Assembly: GCA_018222605.1 (NCBI GenBank)
Contig: JAAEZZ010000006.1
Coordinates: 18,071 to 82,070 of the forward strand
Reading direction: 5' to 3'
DNA: 64,000 nucleotides
DNA from: Alphaproteobacteria bacterium
GTDB lineage: Bacteria > Pseudomonadota > Alphaproteobacteria > Caulobacterales > Hyphomonadaceae
Shown here: in pieces, positions 62,737 to 64,000 of the stretch
Numbering within the stretch: position 1 is the first letter of the stretch
Layout of the letters: every line of letters starts with the position of its first letter
Position numbers and translations under genes: made by a program
The notes under the pieces: model-generated
The model's database searches: none
Seen by the model: the letters and a program-made list of their open reading frames with translations, nothing else
What the model was told of the DNA's origin: nothing

Positions 62737-64000
62737 GGCGCCGCGCCTTCCTCTCAGTCTGGAAGCCTATAAACGCGAGGTTGCGCGGCGTAAGCAGCAG
62801 GAGGCGGAAAGTGACGCGGATGCAATCCGCAAGCGCTGCAGATCCTTCGCCGGCTTTGTCAAAGAGGCATGGCCGATCATCGAACCTGGAACCACCTTGC
62901 GGTGGAACTGGCACATGCAGGCGATCTGCGACCATCTGGAGGCGATTACCTTTAAGCGGATGGCGCCCTGGCTGATCATCAACGTGCCGCCGGGATCGTC
63001 GAAATCCACCATCGTGTCCGTGCTGTGGCAGGCATGGGAGTGGGGGCCGTGCGGGCTCCGTCACAACAAATTCGTGTCGACGTCCTTTGAGGAGGGCAAC
63101 GTCAAGCGGGATACGCGGAAAACCCGTAACCTGATCGTGTCGGAGTGGTTCAAGACCCTCTGGCCTGAAGTCAGCCTGACCCGTACCGCAGAACTCTCAT
63201 TCGAGAACGACGCGACCGGCACGCGCGAGGGTGTGACATTCGCGGCCGTGACAGGTAAGCGCGGCGACCGTCTGGTGGTCGATGACCCGCACAGCATCCG
63301 GGGCGCGGAATCCGAGGCCGAACGCTCACGGGCCTGCCGGGAATTCCTTGAAGGCGGCCTGAACCGGACCAACGATGCGGAAAACTCCGCAATCGTCATT
63401 GTCATGCAGCGCCTGCACGAGAATGACCTGACCGGCACACTGATCGCCCATGATTTGGGCTTCATCCACCTGTTCATTCCAATGGAATTCGAGCCGGAGC
63501 GCCGGTTCGTGACCCCGATTGGCTGGACCGACCCCCGAACCGAAGACGGGGAATTGATGGACCCGGTGCGGTTCCCGCGCACAGCCGTCGAGAAATTCAA
63601 GAAAGCCGGTGCCTATAGCTGGGCTGGCCAGTACCAACAGCGCCCCAGCCCGCGTGGCGGCGGCATGTTCAAGCGCGAATGGTTTGAGATCATCCCAGCC
63701 GCGCCAGCCAACTGCATCTGGGTGCGTGGCTGGGACTTGGCGGCCACAAAGTCGACCAAGGCTGCCTATACGGCGGGCGTCTTGATGGGAAGAACACCAA
63801 CCGGCGAGTACATCATAGCGGACGTTCGGCGCATTCAGGGCTCATCTGCTGAGGTAGAGCGACTGCTCGTCAACACAGCAACTCAGGACGGAACCGAAGT
63901 CAAAGGTTCCATCCCGCAAGACCCTGGCCAAGCTGGGAAGGCTCAAATCCAATACCTGATTAAGCAACTGGCTGGATACACATACACATCAAGCACAGAG
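62717..64000 (+). CDS. terL: terminase large subunit (partial, continues beyond the window)
   Basis: The frame-2 reading is open to the window end, so it is absent from the ORF track. Walker A-like NVPPGSSKST and Walker B LVVDDPH are present, then the nuclease half begins. A GTG start at 62717 overlaps terS by 20 nt (alternative TTG at 62684). Confidence 0.88.
   Translation, partial: MTTKASEAPRLPLSLEAYKREVARRKQQEAESDADAIRKRCRSFAGFVKEAWPIIEPGTTLRWNWHMQAICDHLEAITFKRMAPWLIINVPPGSSKSTIVSVLWQAWEWGPCGLRHNKFVSTSFEEGNVKRDTRKTRNLIVSEWFKTLWPEVSLTRTAELSFENDATGTREGVTFAAVTGKRGDRLVVDDPHSIRGAESEAERSRACREFLEGGLNRTNDAENSAIVIVMQRLHENDLTGTLIAHDLGFIHLFIPMEFEPERRFVTPIGWTDPRTEDGELMDPVRFPRTAVEKFKKAGAYSWAGQYQQRPSPRGGGMFKREWFEIIPAAPANCIWVRGWDLAATKSTKAAYTAGVLMGRTPTGEYIIADVRRIQGSSAEVERLLVNTATQDGTEVKGSIPQDPGQAGKAQIQYLIKQLAGYTYTSSTE

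Larger units (their letters stand above)
40742..64000. mobile_element. tRNA-integrated lambdoid-organised prophage (right end beyond the window)
   Basis: The order is att fragment, integrase, leftward early/recombination operon, cI/Cro switch, replication module, late regulatory region, then terminase small and large subunits. Start/stop overlaps occur throughout. Confidence 0.9.

Overview
The first ~40.7 kb is chromosomal backbone of a roughly 60% GC Gram-negative bacterium. It is most likely an alphaproteobacterium, because the prophage carries a GcrA homologue and the type II secretion (T2SS) and TonB-dependent receptor (TBDR) content looks Caulobacterales/Hyphomonadaceae-like; this is inference only. 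The remaining >=23 kb is a lambdoid-organised prophage that runs off the right edge.

Backbone, left to right:
- Aldehyde dehydrogenase 3' end, Zn-alcohol dehydrogenase and DUF779.
- A minus-strand string of GT2, DUF2064, BLUF and a PA0069-type radical SAM protein.
- Hemerythrin, family-4 uracil-DNA glycosylase, ETF-ubiquinone oxidoreductase, a TPR lipoprotein and PBP1A.
- prfB with its programmed +1 frameshift.
- TetR with a perfect 28-bp palindrome, then TBDR, serine hydrolase and PepSY protein.
- A low-GC islet (small Cys/His protein divergent from a coiled-coil XRE regulator), then a PD40 lipoprotein.
- An internally duplicated 958-aa lipoprotein paired with a second TBDR.
- A contiguous gspCDEFGHIJKLMN cluster with a translationally coupled lipoprotein.
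- A CAP-domain protein and an FGE-family protein.

Prophage (40742 to beyond 64000):
- It starts at a displaced tRNA-Gly(CCC) 3' fragment next to a tyrosine integrase.
- A tightly packed leftward early operon holds small Cys-rich proteins, 2x ASCH-like, MazG-like, an ExoX-like exonuclease, RecT and a PD-(D/E)XK nuclease.
- The immunity region is bracketed by ~41-bp inverted operator blocks.
- The rightward operon holds Cro-like, RuvC-like, MT-A70 methyltransferase, a compact C5-methyltransferase-like protein, DnaB, an initiator with internal iterons, GcrA-like and MmcB-like proteins.
- The late region holds a promoter/terminator candidate, a DUF6527-like gene, an atypical tRNA(CAU), and the small and large terminase subunits.

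No CRISPR array, rRNA or transposase was seen. I cannot point to one clearly novel system. The best candidates for follow-up are the duplicated lipoprotein/TBDR pair, the prophage immunity cassette with its embedded lipoprotein, the integrase-proximal accessory block, the BLUF-containing cluster, and the GcrA/methyltransferase/late-promoter combination. All product calls come from motif recognition by eye; no database search was run.
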